Source of the DNA: an uncultured Verrucomicrobiae bacterium
Lineage (GTDB): Bacteria; Verrucomicrobiota; Verrucomicrobiia; Limisphaerales; Palsa-1400
NCBI GenBank assembly: GCA_963707025.1
Contig: CAVPOM010000004.1
Location: 544,001 to 608,000, forward strand
Length of the DNA stretch: 64,000 bases
Reading direction: 5' to 3'
Each line of letters opens with the position of its first letter. Position 1 is the first letter of the stretch. Of the stretch, positions 29,785 through 39,624 are shown one piece after another. The notes beneath the pieces are model-generated. The model did not search any database. It had not been told where the DNA came from and worked only from the letters and a program-made list of their open reading frames with translations. A program made the translations under genes and the position numbers.

Positions 29785-29936
29785 TTGGGATTCTCGCCCA
29801 GAAGGCGGCACAGTGGCACCATGGCAAAGCCCTTTCCAGTTGGCTGTTTCAAGCCACGCGGTTAACGGCGAATAATTTTGTCAGGAGCGAATGCCGGCGC
29901 CACCGCCAGGAGGAGGAGGCACAAGTGCAATCTATT

Positions 29937-30239
29937 TTAGGTGAACTTCCACAAAACGCTCCCCGTCGCCGCGTCGAAGCAATAAAGCGTGGCATTCGTG
30001 CCGTTGTTCCCCGAGGCATAGACGCGAGCCTTTGCGACGCTAATCGGCGCGTAACCGACCCCAAGTGACGCCTTCCACAACACCTTCGGCCCTTCATCCC
30101 CCCATTTCGCCACCCAGCCCGTCTCAGTGGAAATGCCATTGTGAGCAGGCCCCCGGTAATTGGGCCAATCCGCCGCGCGCGCATAACGACCGCCCAAGCC
30201 GGCCGCCACCATCAAGCCCAAAGGGAGAATCCTCTTCAT
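29937..30239 (-). pseudogene. Truncated PQQ-like beta-propeller secreted protein (N-terminal 100 aa only)
   Basis: GGAGG RBS, signal peptide, ADWPNYRGP…NGIS…LWK…YCFDAATGSVLWK, then a premature stop. Confidence 0.75.
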
Positions 30240-30248
30240 CCTCCGAGG

Positions 30249-30548
30249 TTAGGCAGAACATACACGGCGAGTCAATTTCTCCAATGCTCTTCTGCTCCAG
30301 CCCGCACTGAGCTTTCCCACCAACGCGAACGCGCTGTCGTTGTGCAGTTTTGTTTTCTCGGGTGTGCTGGCCTTGAAAACCTGGTACGGATCGGTGGTGC
30401 TGCAAAGGATCACGGCCCGGTTGCCGTCCGGCTTCAGCTTGCGCTGTGGCTTGTTTTCAGCCCTTCTGAGCGAATCCAGAAATCTTATGTCATCCCACGG
30501 ACGGAACGGCGCTGCTCTCCGCATGGACGGCGGAGTAGTGCGCGGCAC
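30249..30548 (-). pseudogene. Internal fragment of an SPL-like radical SAM protein
   Basis: AVILCSTTDPYQ motif without the CxxxCxxC region. Confidence 0.5.
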
Positions 30549-30854
30549 TGCATGAGATGCTTCCAGATTCGCGGATGACGCCAGGCTGCCGATTGACTGC
30601 CGGTTGAGCCGGGTCGCGGATTACCAGGGCGAATTCAGCGTTGTCAGAGCGATGCGAGAAATGGGGTTCCCGAGCCGGAGACGAAGGATTGGCGCCAGTC
30701 GCTCAGGAGAACAAAGCCGGCACCATCTCTTCGCGCACCTGATTCAAGCCGATTTGGGTTTTGGCAGGAGGAATTCCTCTTGCAAAATGGATTACTCTAA
30801 TGGACATTATTCGCGTCGTAGTTGTGACAAAAAGCCGTTGCCTGCCAGACTGCC

Positions 30855-31295
30855 ATGAAGGCCAGCCAGCAAGAAACATGGGATGCCGCACAGACGGTTG
30901 AATCGGTTCAACGCGAGTTGAAACGGTGCCGGGGCGAACTGGACGAAGGCCGAAAGGGCCTGGAACAAATGGGCCGTTCGGCGGCGTTGTTCGCTGGAGA
31001 AAACCGGCTTCTGGAGATGATCGCCTCGGGTGATCCGCTTTCCGCCGTGCTGGATGCGTTGGGCCGGCTGGTCGAGGCACTTTCGAGCGGTTGTCTTTGT
31101 TCGATTCTCCTGTTGGATGCGAATGGCGACCGGCTGTGGCATGGCGCTGCGCCCAGCCTTCCGGCCAGTTACACCAAGGCCATTGACGGCAGTGCCATTG
31201 ACTCGCAGAAAGGCCCGTGCGCGCCGGCCGCCGATCGGAGTGTCGTCGCGGTGCTCGGGCTCGGCGGACTGGGGCATGATGGAGGCATCCCATGA
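30855..31295 (+). pseudogene. Truncated GAF sensor domain fused to a Zn-alcohol-dehydrogenase-like scrap
   Basis: LLEMIASGDPLSAVLDAL…SILLLD…AAPSLPASY…AIDG…GPC (GAF N-half), then an abrupt switch to VAVLGLGGLGH. Confidence 0.65.
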
Positions 31296-31465
31296 ACACA
31301 AACTCGAGCAAACTCGCAGGCAAGGCGGCCGTGGTCACCGGAGCGTCCAAAGGCATCGGCGCGGCCATCGCAAAACGACTTCCAGCCCATGCGTCAAGGG
31401 CGCAAGCACGATCAACAAACGAGGCGAATGCACGAGGCGAATTCCCTGAAAAGGTCCGACGATGA
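31292..31465 (+). pseudogene. N-terminal fragment of an SDR-family oxidoreductase
   Basis: GGAGG RBS then MNTNSSKLAGKAAVVTGASKGIGAAIAKRL (TGxxxGIG); similarity is lost after about 30 aa. Confidence 0.75.
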
Positions 31466-31493
31466 AAAAACAGAGAATGAAAGGACACAGAAT

Positions 31494-32453
31494 ATGACAA
31501 TTCAAACCGGCGCACTCAAGTACCCGGCCCTTGCCCAGCAACTGCTCGACGCCATTGATGAGCAGTTCGGGCTGCACCCCGGCTTTCGGCCCGCACATGC
31601 CAAAGGGCTGATGTGCTCGGGCACCTTCACGCCGTCGGCCGAGGCGGCGAAGTTGACCCGCGCCCCGCACGCCAGCCGCCCCTCCACTCCCGTGACAGTG
31701 CGCTACTCGAATTCGACGGGCGTGCCGACCATTCCCGACAACGATCCGAAGCGTTCCAGTCCCAGGGGGATGGCCACTCGCTTCCACCTGGCGGAGCACG
31801 AGCACACCGACATCGTCGCACACTCCACCGACGGCTTCCCGGTTCGCACCGGCGAGGAGTTCCTGGAGTTGATCCGCGCCGTCACAGCCTTCATGGGGGG
31901 CCGGCCCGAGGCGCTCGGATCGTTCCTCGCCGCCCATCCGAACGCCAAGCGGTTTGTCGAAACGCCCACACCGATCCCGACCAGTTTCGCGCGGGAGGCC
32001 TTTTTCGCCGTTACTTCGTTCCAGTTCACCAATGCGGCCGGCGTGAGCCGTCACGGGCGGTTTCGCATCCGGCCCGAAGCAGGGACGGAGTATCTCTCTG
32101 ACGAAGCCGCGGCGGCGAAGTCCCAGGACTTCCTGTTCGACGAGATCGGGCCACGGCTGGCCAAGGCGCCGGCGAAGCTCGGCGTGTTCGTGCAAATGGC
32201 GGAGCCGGGCGATGACGTTGCCGACGCCAGTGCGACGTGGCCGGGCCATCGCAAAGAGATCATGTTCGGCACCATCGCCCTCACGGCGCGCGTGGACGAC
32301 CAGGCGCCGGACCGGCGAAAAATCATCTTCGACCCTTTGCCAAGGGTTGATGGCATTGATTCATCGGGCGATCCGCTGACGCAGGTGCGCGCGGACATCT
32401 ACCTGCTCAGCGGACGCAGGCGTCGGGCGGCCTTGGGCGACGGGAAGGGTTGA
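31494..32453 (+). CDS. Catalase-related peroxidase (SrpA-like)
   Basis: HPGFRPAHAKG, VRYSN, PRGMATRF, C-terminal RADIY proximal Tyr; likely start MTIQ at 31494. Confidence 0.88.
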   Translation: MTIQTGALKYPALAQQLLDAIDEQFGLHPGFRPAHAKGLMCSGTFTPSAEAAKLTRAPHASRPSTPVTVRYSNSTGVPTIPDNDPKRSSPRGMATRFHLAEHEHTDIVAHSTDGFPVRTGEEFLELIRAVTAFMGGRPEALGSFLAAHPNAKRFVETPTPIPTSFAREAFFAVTSFQFTNAAGVSRHGRFRIRPEAGTEYLSDEAAAAKSQDFLFDEIGPRLAKAPAKLGVFVQMAEPGDDVADASATWPGHRKEIMFGTIALTARVDDQAPDRRKIIFDPLPRVDGIDSSGDPLTQVRADIYLLSGRRRRAALGDGKG

Positions 32454-33665
32454 ATGGGCAGAAAAAGGACAATCGAACGAAACAACGTTTTAAATACAAT
32501 GAACCTATTGGAAAAATCTAAAGCAGGGATACTCGTGGCCAGCACCGCATTACTTTGCGTGGCAGGGTGCCGTCAGAAGCCGCGGGCCACTCCGCCGCCT
32601 CCGATAGTGGAAGTTGCCCCCGTGAGACAGGCCGATGTGCCGATTTATCATGAATGGATTGGCACGCTGGATGGATTGGTCAACGCCACGATTCGAGCGC
32701 AAGTCACCGGTTATTTGATAGCCCAAGATTACCGGGAAGGCGACGCCATCAAAAAAGGCGACCTGTTGTTTGAAATTGATCCGCGCCCCTTCCAAGCCGC
32801 GCTCGACCAGGCCAAAGGCCTGCTGGCCCAGGCCGAGGCGAGGCTGGGCAAGACCGAATTGGACGTCAAACGATACGCCCCGCTGCTCAAGGACCGGGCG
32901 GTCAGCCAGGAGGAATATGACGACGCCGTCCAGGCAAATTTGGAAGCCAAGGCAGGAGTATTGTCGGCGAAAGCCCAAGTCGAACAAGCCCAGTTGAATC
33001 TGGACTTTACCAGGATCACTTCGCCCATAGACGGCCTTGCCAGCATTGCGAAAGGACAGATTGGCGACCTGGTTGGACCGGGCACAGGGGAATTGACCAC
33101 GGTCTCCACCATCAACCCCATCAAAGCCTATTATAATGTGACCGAACAGGCCTACATCAACTTCGCCAAACTGTTCTCAACGGAAATTGAACGCGCAGAG
33201 CGCCTCAAACAACTGGAGATTCAACTAATCCTGGCCGATGGGACCGTCTATCCCCAAAGCGGCAGAATTTACACGCCGGACCGGGAGATCGGCATCACCA
33301 CCGGAGCACTCCGGTTGGAAGCCCGCTTTCCCAATCCGGATGGCGCGCTTCGTCCGGGCGAATTCGTGCGGGTGCGGGTGAAATTTGATGTGAATCGTGG
33401 CGCTCTGCTGGTGCCGCAACGCGCGGTGTCGGAGTTGCAAGGCGCCTATCAGGTTGACATCGTGGACGCGGACAACAAGGTCCACATTCAGCCCGTGACC
33501 GTCGGCGAACGAAGCGGCGGCCTCTGGACCATTGAGCATGGCCTGGAGGCTGGGCAGCACGTCGTCGTGGAAGGTCTTCAAAAAATCCGGGACGGCATGC
33601 TGGTAAGCCCGACAAATTTTGCTCTGGAAACCCTGCAAACGGCCCAGGCGTCGCCCAACCGCTAG
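32454..33665 (+). CDS. RND efflux periplasmic adaptor (MFP), lipoprotein
   Basis: VAGC lipobox, IRAQVTGYL, LFEIDPRPFQA, TRITSPIDG; true start may be 32499. Confidence 0.94.
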   Translation: MGRKRTIERNNVLNTMNLLEKSKAGILVASTALLCVAGCRQKPRATPPPPIVEVAPVRQADVPIYHEWIGTLDGLVNATIRAQVTGYLIAQDYREGDAIKKGDLLFEIDPRPFQAALDQAKGLLAQAEARLGKTELDVKRYAPLLKDRAVSQEEYDDAVQANLEAKAGVLSAKAQVEQAQLNLDFTRITSPIDGLASIAKGQIGDLVGPGTGELTTVSTINPIKAYYNVTEQAYINFAKLFSTEIERAERLKQLEIQLILADGTVYPQSGRIYTPDREIGITTGALRLEARFPNPDGALRPGEFVRVRVKFDVNRGALLVPQRAVSELQGAYQVDIVDADNKVHIQPVTVGERSGGLWTIEHGLEAGQHVVVEGLQKIRDGMLVSPTNFALETLQTAQASPNR

Positions 33666-33668
33666 ACC

Positions 33669-36600
33669 ATGTCCAAATTCTTTATCAGCCGCCCCATCGT
33701 CGCCATGGTGATTTCCATCATCATGGTGATCGTCGGGCTGGTCACGATGCTTTCACTGCCCATCGCGCAATTTCCCAAGGTGGTGCCCCCAGAAATCTTC
33801 ATTCAAGCGGACTACGTGGGCGCCGACGCGCAGACCATCGAGCAATCGGTGGCCACCCCCATCGAACAACAGATGAGCGGCGTGGACAACATGAACTACA
33901 TGTACTCGGTCAACGCGAACAACGGTCTGATGCGGTTGTTTGTCAACTTCGACCTCAAAACGGACCCGAATATTGATCACGTCCTGACCCAATTGCGCTA
34001 CGCCCAGGCGGAACCCCAGTTGCCCTCTGATGTGCGTAACTACGGAGTCACGGTCCAAAAATCCCTTTCCGCCCCGTTCATGATTCTCGCGCTCAATTCG
34101 CCCAAAGGCTCGCGCGGCGCCGAGTTTCTGGCCAACTACGCCTATATCAATTTGAGCGACCCTCTGAGCCGGGTGGCGGGAGTTTCTCAAGTGACGGTTT
34201 TCGGCGCAGGGCAGTACGCCATGAGGATTTGGGTGAAACCGGACCAACTGGCCAAACTCAATATTACAGTCCCGGAGATCATCAGCGCGGTCAACAGCCA
34301 GAATGCGGTCAATCCAGCCGGCAAAATTGGCGGGCGGCCCACCCCGCCGGGACAAGAATTCACTTACACCGTGCTCGCGCAAGGCCGGCTGACGACGGAG
34401 GATGAATTTGGCAGCATTGTTCTCCGGGCCACGCCGGACGGGGCGGTGGTGCGTTTGAGGGACGTGGCCCGCATAGAATTAAGCGCCGCAGATTACGACG
34501 TCGAGGGCCATTATGATGGCAAACCGTCGGCCATACTTGCCTTGTTTCAACTTCCCAACTCCAACGCCATTGAAGCGGAAAAAGGCGTCAAGAAGCTCAT
34601 GGCAGAATTGAAGACCCGCTTCCCGTCCGACGTTGACTACGAAATCCCGATTGACACGACGAAGTCGGTGACCGAAGGGATTCGCGAAATCGGCAAGACT
34701 TTTTGGGAGGCGCTGGGACTGGTGATGTTGGTGGTTTTTGTTTTCCTCCAAGGCTGGCGGGCGGCCTTGATCCCTCTGGCGGCGGTTCCGGTCTCACTGA
34801 TTGGGACATTCGCACTGTTCCCCTTGTTGGGTTTCTCCATCAATACGCTGTCGCTTTTCGGTCTGGTCCTTGCCATCGGCCTGGTGGTGGATGATGCCAT
34901 CGTGGTAGTCGAAGCGGTGGAACACCACATTGAGGAAGGGATGCCGCCCAAGGAGGCCACGTTGAAAGCGATGGAGGAAGTGTCAGGACCGGTGGTGGCC
35001 ATCGCGCTGATCCTGTCGGCGGTATTTCTGCCCACGGTGTTCATTCCCGGCATTACGGGGCGTCTCTATCAACAATTTGCCGTGACCATCGCCATCTCCG
35101 TGCTCCTCTCAGCCTTCAATGCGCTGACCCTCAGTCCGGCTTTGTCCGCGCTGCTCCTGCGGCCAAAGCAAGGAACGAAAGGGCCGCTGGGCTGGTTTTT
35201 TAACTTGTTCAATCGCGGCTATGGCCGGTTGACGGACAGATACGTCGGCGTTTGCCGGGCCTTGGTTCGCAAATCCGGCTTCAGCCTCTTGCTCCTGGGC
35301 CTGGTGGCGCTGGCCGCCGCTTGGTCTGGCAAAACGCTCCCGACAGCCTTCCTGCCGGAAGAGGACCAGGGATTCCTGTATGTCAGCGTCCAACTCCCCT
35401 TCGCCGCTTCGATGGACCGCACCGTGGCTGCCTGCAAGAAGGTGGAAGACATGGTTCTGGCCACGCCGGGTGTCGAGAGTTGCACCACAGTGGCCGGCTT
35501 CAATCTCCTGAGTTTTACGCGCAACACCTACAGCGCCACTTTTTGGGTCAGCCTGAAGGACTGGGGCAGGCGAACCAGGCCGGAAGAAAGTTATCAAGCC
35601 ATCAAGGCGAGCCTGGGCCGCAAGCTGTCCCGCTTTCCCGAGGCGATGGCCTTTGCCTTCCCGCCACCCGCCATCGCAGGGGTCGGGACGGCTGGCGGGT
35701 TCACCATGGTTCTGGAGGACCGGGCTGGAAAGGACATTCCGTTTCTCGCCGCCAACGTCGCCAAGTTTATGGACGCGGCGCGGAAGCGCCCCGAAATTGC
35801 CAGCATCAACACTACGTTCTTGCCGGCCGTGCCACAGCTCGGCGTTGCGGTGGATCGAGATCGGGTCCTGAAGCAGGGAGTGGACCTGTCGGAGGTCTAT
35901 AAGACCCTGCAAACATTCATGGGCGGGTATTTTGTCAACTATTTCAACCGGTTTGGGCGGCAGTGGCAGGTCTATGTTGAAGCCGAAGGCGCCTATCGGA
36001 CGCGCGAAGAATACCTGGGCCTGTTTTACGTGCGCAACCATGATGGCGAATCAATTCCCATGTCATCGCTGACCTCCACCAAGCCCATTGCCGGGCCGGA
36101 ATTCACCATGCGCTACAATCTGTTTCGTTCCGCGCAGCTCAACGGCACGGCGGCGCCCGGTTATAGTTCCGACCAGGCCACCAAGGCTTTGGAGGAAGTG
36201 TTTGCCCAGACCATGCCTTCGGAGATGGGTTACGACTACATTGGCATGTCATTTCAGGAGCAGAAGGCGGCCCAGGGGGTTTCACCGGCGGCCATCTTCG
36301 CTCTCTCTTTCCTCTTTGTCTTTTTGATCCTGGCTGCCCTTTATGAAAGCTGGTCGCTGCCTTTCAGCGTATTGCTCGGCACGCCCATCGCCGTGCTGGG
36401 TGCTTTCGCCGCCCTGCTCTCGCGGCAGATGGTGAACAATGTCTATGCGCAGATCGGGTTGGTCATGCTCATCGGGCTGGCGGCCAAGAACGCCATCCTG
36501 ATTGTTGAGTTCGCCCGGTTGGAATACGAGAAGGGTAAGCCACTCATAGAAGCGGCCCTGACAGGCGCCCGTCTTCGCCTGCGGCCGATCCTGATGACTT

Positions 36601-36839
36601 CCTTCGCCTTCATTCTCGGATCCACCCCATTGTGGTTCGCCACCGGGGCGGGGGCTGTGTCGCGGCGCGTCCTCGGCACGGTGGTCATCGGCGGCATGCT
36701 GGCGGCCACCTGCGTTGCGGTCTGCTTGATACCTGTGACGTTCTATGTGGTGGAAAAGCTGGCAAACCGCCGCCGAAAAAAGGAGCCACAAACCGCCGCA
36801 AGCTCAGGCGGCGGGATGATCGGAGAACAGCCTTCATGA
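33669..36839 (+). CDS. RND efflux permease (HAE1/AcrB family)
   Basis: MSKFFISRP, GLVVDDAIVVVE, GLAAKNAILIVEFA, RLRPILMTS; 1056 aa. Confidence 0.97.
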   Translation: MSKFFISRPIVAMVISIIMVIVGLVTMLSLPIAQFPKVVPPEIFIQADYVGADAQTIEQSVATPIEQQMSGVDNMNYMYSVNANNGLMRLFVNFDLKTDPNIDHVLTQLRYAQAEPQLPSDVRNYGVTVQKSLSAPFMILALNSPKGSRGAEFLANYAYINLSDPLSRVAGVSQVTVFGAGQYAMRIWVKPDQLAKLNITVPEIISAVNSQNAVNPAGKIGGRPTPPGQEFTYTVLAQGRLTTEDEFGSIVLRATPDGAVVRLRDVARIELSAADYDVEGHYDGKPSAILALFQLPNSNAIEAEKGVKKLMAELKTRFPSDVDYEIPIDTTKSVTEGIREIGKTFWEALGLVMLVVFVFLQGWRAALIPLAAVPVSLIGTFALFPLLGFSINTLSLFGLVLAIGLVVDDAIVVVEAVEHHIEEGMPPKEATLKAMEEVSGPVVAIALILSAVFLPTVFIPGITGRLYQQFAVTIAISVLLSAFNALTLSPALSALLLRPKQGTKGPLGWFFNLFNRGYGRLTDRYVGVCRALVRKSGFSLLLLGLVALAAAWSGKTLPTAFLPEEDQGFLYVSVQLPFAASMDRTVAACKKVEDMVLATPGVESCTTVAGFNLLSFTRNTYSATFWVSLKDWGRRTRPEESYQAIKASLGRKLSRFPEAMAFAFPPPAIAGVGTAGGFTMVLEDRAGKDIPFLAANVAKFMDAARKRPEIASINTTFLPAVPQLGVAVDRDRVLKQGVDLSEVYKTLQTFMGGYFVNYFNRFGRQWQVYVEAEGAYRTREEYLGLFYVRNHDGESIPMSSLTSTKPIAGPEFTMRYNLFRSAQLNGTAAPGYSSDQATKALEEVFAQTMPSEMGYDYIGMSFQEQKAAQGVSPAAIFALSFLFVFLILAALYESWSLPFSVLLGTPIAVLGAFAALLSRQMVNNVYAQIGLVMLIGLAAKNAILIVEFARLEYEKGKPLIEAALTGARLRLRPILMTSFAFILGSTPLWFATGAGAVSRRVLGTVVIGGMLAATCVAVCLIPVTFYVVEKLANRRRKKEPQTAASSGGGMIGEQPS

Positions 36840-38293
36840 ACTTCCAACCGGGCATAAACCGCCCATGTGCTTGTTTCGTCCTGGCGCTTCTGGCGGTTGT
36901 GATGGCCGGTTGTGCCGTCGGTCCCGATTACAAGCGACCCATGGTGGCTTCGCCCTCTGCCTTTCGTGACGACGCTGCGCCCACCAACAGCTCATTTGCC
37001 GATCTGGACTGGTGGCAGGTTTATCGGGACAACACGTTGCAGGCGCTGGTCCGGGAAGCCTTGACGAATAATAATGATCTGCGAATTGCCATGACCCGGG
37101 TGGAACAGGCCCGGGCCTCCGCCATGCAGGCCAGAGCGCAGTTCGTTCCCAATGTGGAGTACAATGGCACCGTCAGCCGCGGACGGAACGATTTGTTCGG
37201 CTCGACTTTCCCGAACAACGCGCAAACCGCCAGTTCAGCAGTTGCCACACTCAACACGTTCTGGGAAGTGGATCTATGGGGCCGCGTGCGCCGGCTCAAC
37301 GAATCCGCCCGAGCGCAGTTTTTGGCATCGGAGGAAGCGCGGCGCGGTGTGAGGCTGAGCCTGTTGAGCGAAGTCGCCTCGGATTACTTCCGCTTGCTGG
37401 AGTTGGATCAGGAGTTGGAGATCGTTCAACGCACGACCAATTCGTTTGGCGAAAGCTTGAAAATCTTCACACGGCGGCTCGAAGGCGGCACGGCGACGGA
37501 CCTGGAAGCATCCCGCGCCGAAGCTGCTTTGGCGGACGCGGCGTCCGCGACGCCATCCGTCCTGGAACAGATTTCGCAGACGGAAAACCAGCTTTGCGTT
37601 TTGCTGGGGCGCAATCCCGGACCGATCAGCCGGGTTGAACTGACCTCCGCCGCTCTGCCGCCGGATGTGCCGGCGGGTTTGCCCTCCGCGTTGCTGGAAC
37701 GCCGCCCGGACGTGCGCGAAACGGAGCAATTGCTGCGTTCCGCCAACGCGCAAGTCGGCGAGTCTGTGGCGGAGTTTTTCCCCAAGATTGGTTTGACCGC
37801 GATCCTCGGAAAGATCAGTCCTGAATTGTCGGCCTTTACCCTGGGCGGCGCCAATGCGTGGGGTGTGGCCGCCGGGGGGACCGGCCCGCTTTTCGAGGGT
37901 GGCAGGTTGGTGGGACAATACCGGCAAGCCAAAGCGGCCCGCGAGGAAGCCAGGCTGCGCTACCAGCAAACCGTCCTGACCGCTTTTCGCGAGGTTTCCG
38001 ATGCGCTGGTTGCGCGCGGACGGCTGGCGGAAATCCGCCAGCAGCAAGCCCGCGAAGTGGAGAATTTGGATCGGGCGGTGCGGGTTTCCACGGAGCGATA
38101 CCTCGCCGGCAAGGCCAGTTATTACGAGGTGCTCGAAGCGCAGCAACAGCTCTTCCCCGCCGAGCTTGGTTTGGCCCGCACCCAGCGCGACGAACGGCTG
38201 GCCGTGGCCGCTCTTTACAAAGCCCTTGGGGGAGGCTGGAAAGACGAAACCGGTTCCAACCCGGCGAGGCTGACTAGTGCCGGCAATCCTTAG
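36836..38293 (+). CDS. RND outer-membrane factor lipoprotein (NodT/OprM family); start MNFQP at 36836
   Basis: MAGCAVGPDYKRP lipobox, WEVDLWGR, LLERRPDV, LYKALGGGW. Confidence 0.95.
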   Translation: MNFQPGINRPCACFVLALLAVVMAGCAVGPDYKRPMVASPSAFRDDAAPTNSSFADLDWWQVYRDNTLQALVREALTNNNDLRIAMTRVEQARASAMQARAQFVPNVEYNGTVSRGRNDLFGSTFPNNAQTASSAVATLNTFWEVDLWGRVRRLNESARAQFLASEEARRGVRLSLLSEVASDYFRLLELDQELEIVQRTTNSFGESLKIFTRRLEGGTATDLEASRAEAALADAASATPSVLEQISQTENQLCVLLGRNPGPISRVELTSAALPPDVPAGLPSALLERRPDVRETEQLLRSANAQVGESVAEFFPKIGLTAILGKISPELSAFTLGGANAWGVAAGGTGPLFEGGRLVGQYRQAKAAREEARLRYQQTVLTAFREVSDALVARGRLAEIRQQQAREVENLDRAVRVSTERYLAGKASYYEVLEAQQQLFPAELGLARTQRDERLAVAALYKALGGGWKDETGSNPARLTSAGNP

Positions 38294-38351
38294 CAAAAGC
38301 AATTATTGTTATCAGGTCGAGCCCGTCATAGCAGCCCCAACGCAACAGAAG

Positions 38352-38453
38352 ATGAACGAAACTCTGGCATTGCTGGTTCGGCATGGGACCGTCGTTTTGG
38401 TCGCCGCCGTATTCATCGAACGACTCGGCGCTCCGCGGCCTGCCGCGCCCTAG
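38352..38453 (+). pseudogene. N-terminal fragment of a DedA/VTT-family membrane protein
   Basis: MNETLALLVRHGTVVLVAAVFIERLGAPRPAAP* resembles the DedA N-terminus (…HGY.VLF..VF.EQ.GLP.PA.P). Confidence 0.55.
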
Positions 38454-39177
38454 TTATTTGCAGTGGGTACCATGGTGGCGCAGGACGGCAATTTCACGAT
38501 GCCCGCTGCGTTAATGCCGGAGCTGTTTAAAAATTATGCAGTGAAGTTCCAAGACTACTTTCGAAGCCTGGTGGCAGGTCCCGCCGAGGCGATAATCATC
38601 GAATTTTCGATGCACGCCGGATCGCCTCCAAAAAATCTCAAGACCAGAGTGCCGAGAAAACGTATATTGACAAGCAGGACTGGGATTTCGGTTCAGAGGA
38701 ACTGGCGAGCGCCATGGAGCAGGAGCAGCCGGCGAAACGTGAGGCTGCATAATTGTCGCCAGCCGTTATGGAGACACAAAACAGCGCCCACGATTTAACC
38801 ACGGGCGCGAGCGAACGATCCCGAGTTCAGCCCTTCTGCGCAGACCAACTGCACCCCAGGAATTAGTTCGATAAATGCCACGAAAACAATCAGCCGTCAC
38901 AGGGTATCCGGATGGGGAGCACGTCTGGCGAAAAGCCCATTCGCCGCTGGGATCTTTTCGCTGTCAACCGTGGCTGGTCTTGGTAAAATGAGGCAGCACA
39001 ATGAAACCCATCAAACACTCCGGCGGACATCTTTTCCTAACGCTGATGTTGCTGGCTGCCGCCATGGCGGTGCGGCATCGCTGCCCTCCGGCCAAGCTCC
39101 TCTGTTCATCCTGTGTGCAGCCGATAAAGCTGTCAGAGCAGCCGGTGCAAGTCCGGCCATGAATGAGACGAGCGTTC

Positions 39178-39309
39178 ATGCAGGCCGAACATTTGCTGGA
39201 GGTGTTGCCCACCGGCACGGTTTCAACGAATGCCTTTCTGCGGAAGGTTCACATCTTCGCCCTCGACATGAACTGGTTGCCCGCGAGCGTCATGCCCCGT
39301 CGGCGCTGA
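39178..39309 (+). pseudogene. Internal fragment of a tyrosine recombinase/integrase
   Basis: QAEHLLEVLPTGTVSTNAFLRKVHIFALDMNWLP resembles, from memory, a segment of verrucomicrobial integrases; not searched. Confidence 0.45.
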
Positions 39310-39624
39310 GAGGTTTTACTGGAAACGCATTCACTCCTCCTCACAGGTCAACGAGGGACCCTCAAGGCGCGCTATACGGACTGGCCCCAGCCGCGCGTAG
39401 TTGTTCCCTCGCTCGGTTTGCGGGTTTTACCTACTATCGAACCTCTCCGAAATAAGATATAAATACGAGAATAAAAAACGCTATGGCCGCCGACACAGAG
39501 CTAACGTTTAAGACATGGCAGGAGCTCGATCCAACCGGTCGCGAGAAACCGGCCAATGCGCCGGTGTGGCTGGAGTTGCCCACCGACCTCCGGCCACAGC
39601 CCGTAGTGCAGCCTAGGCCAAAGG

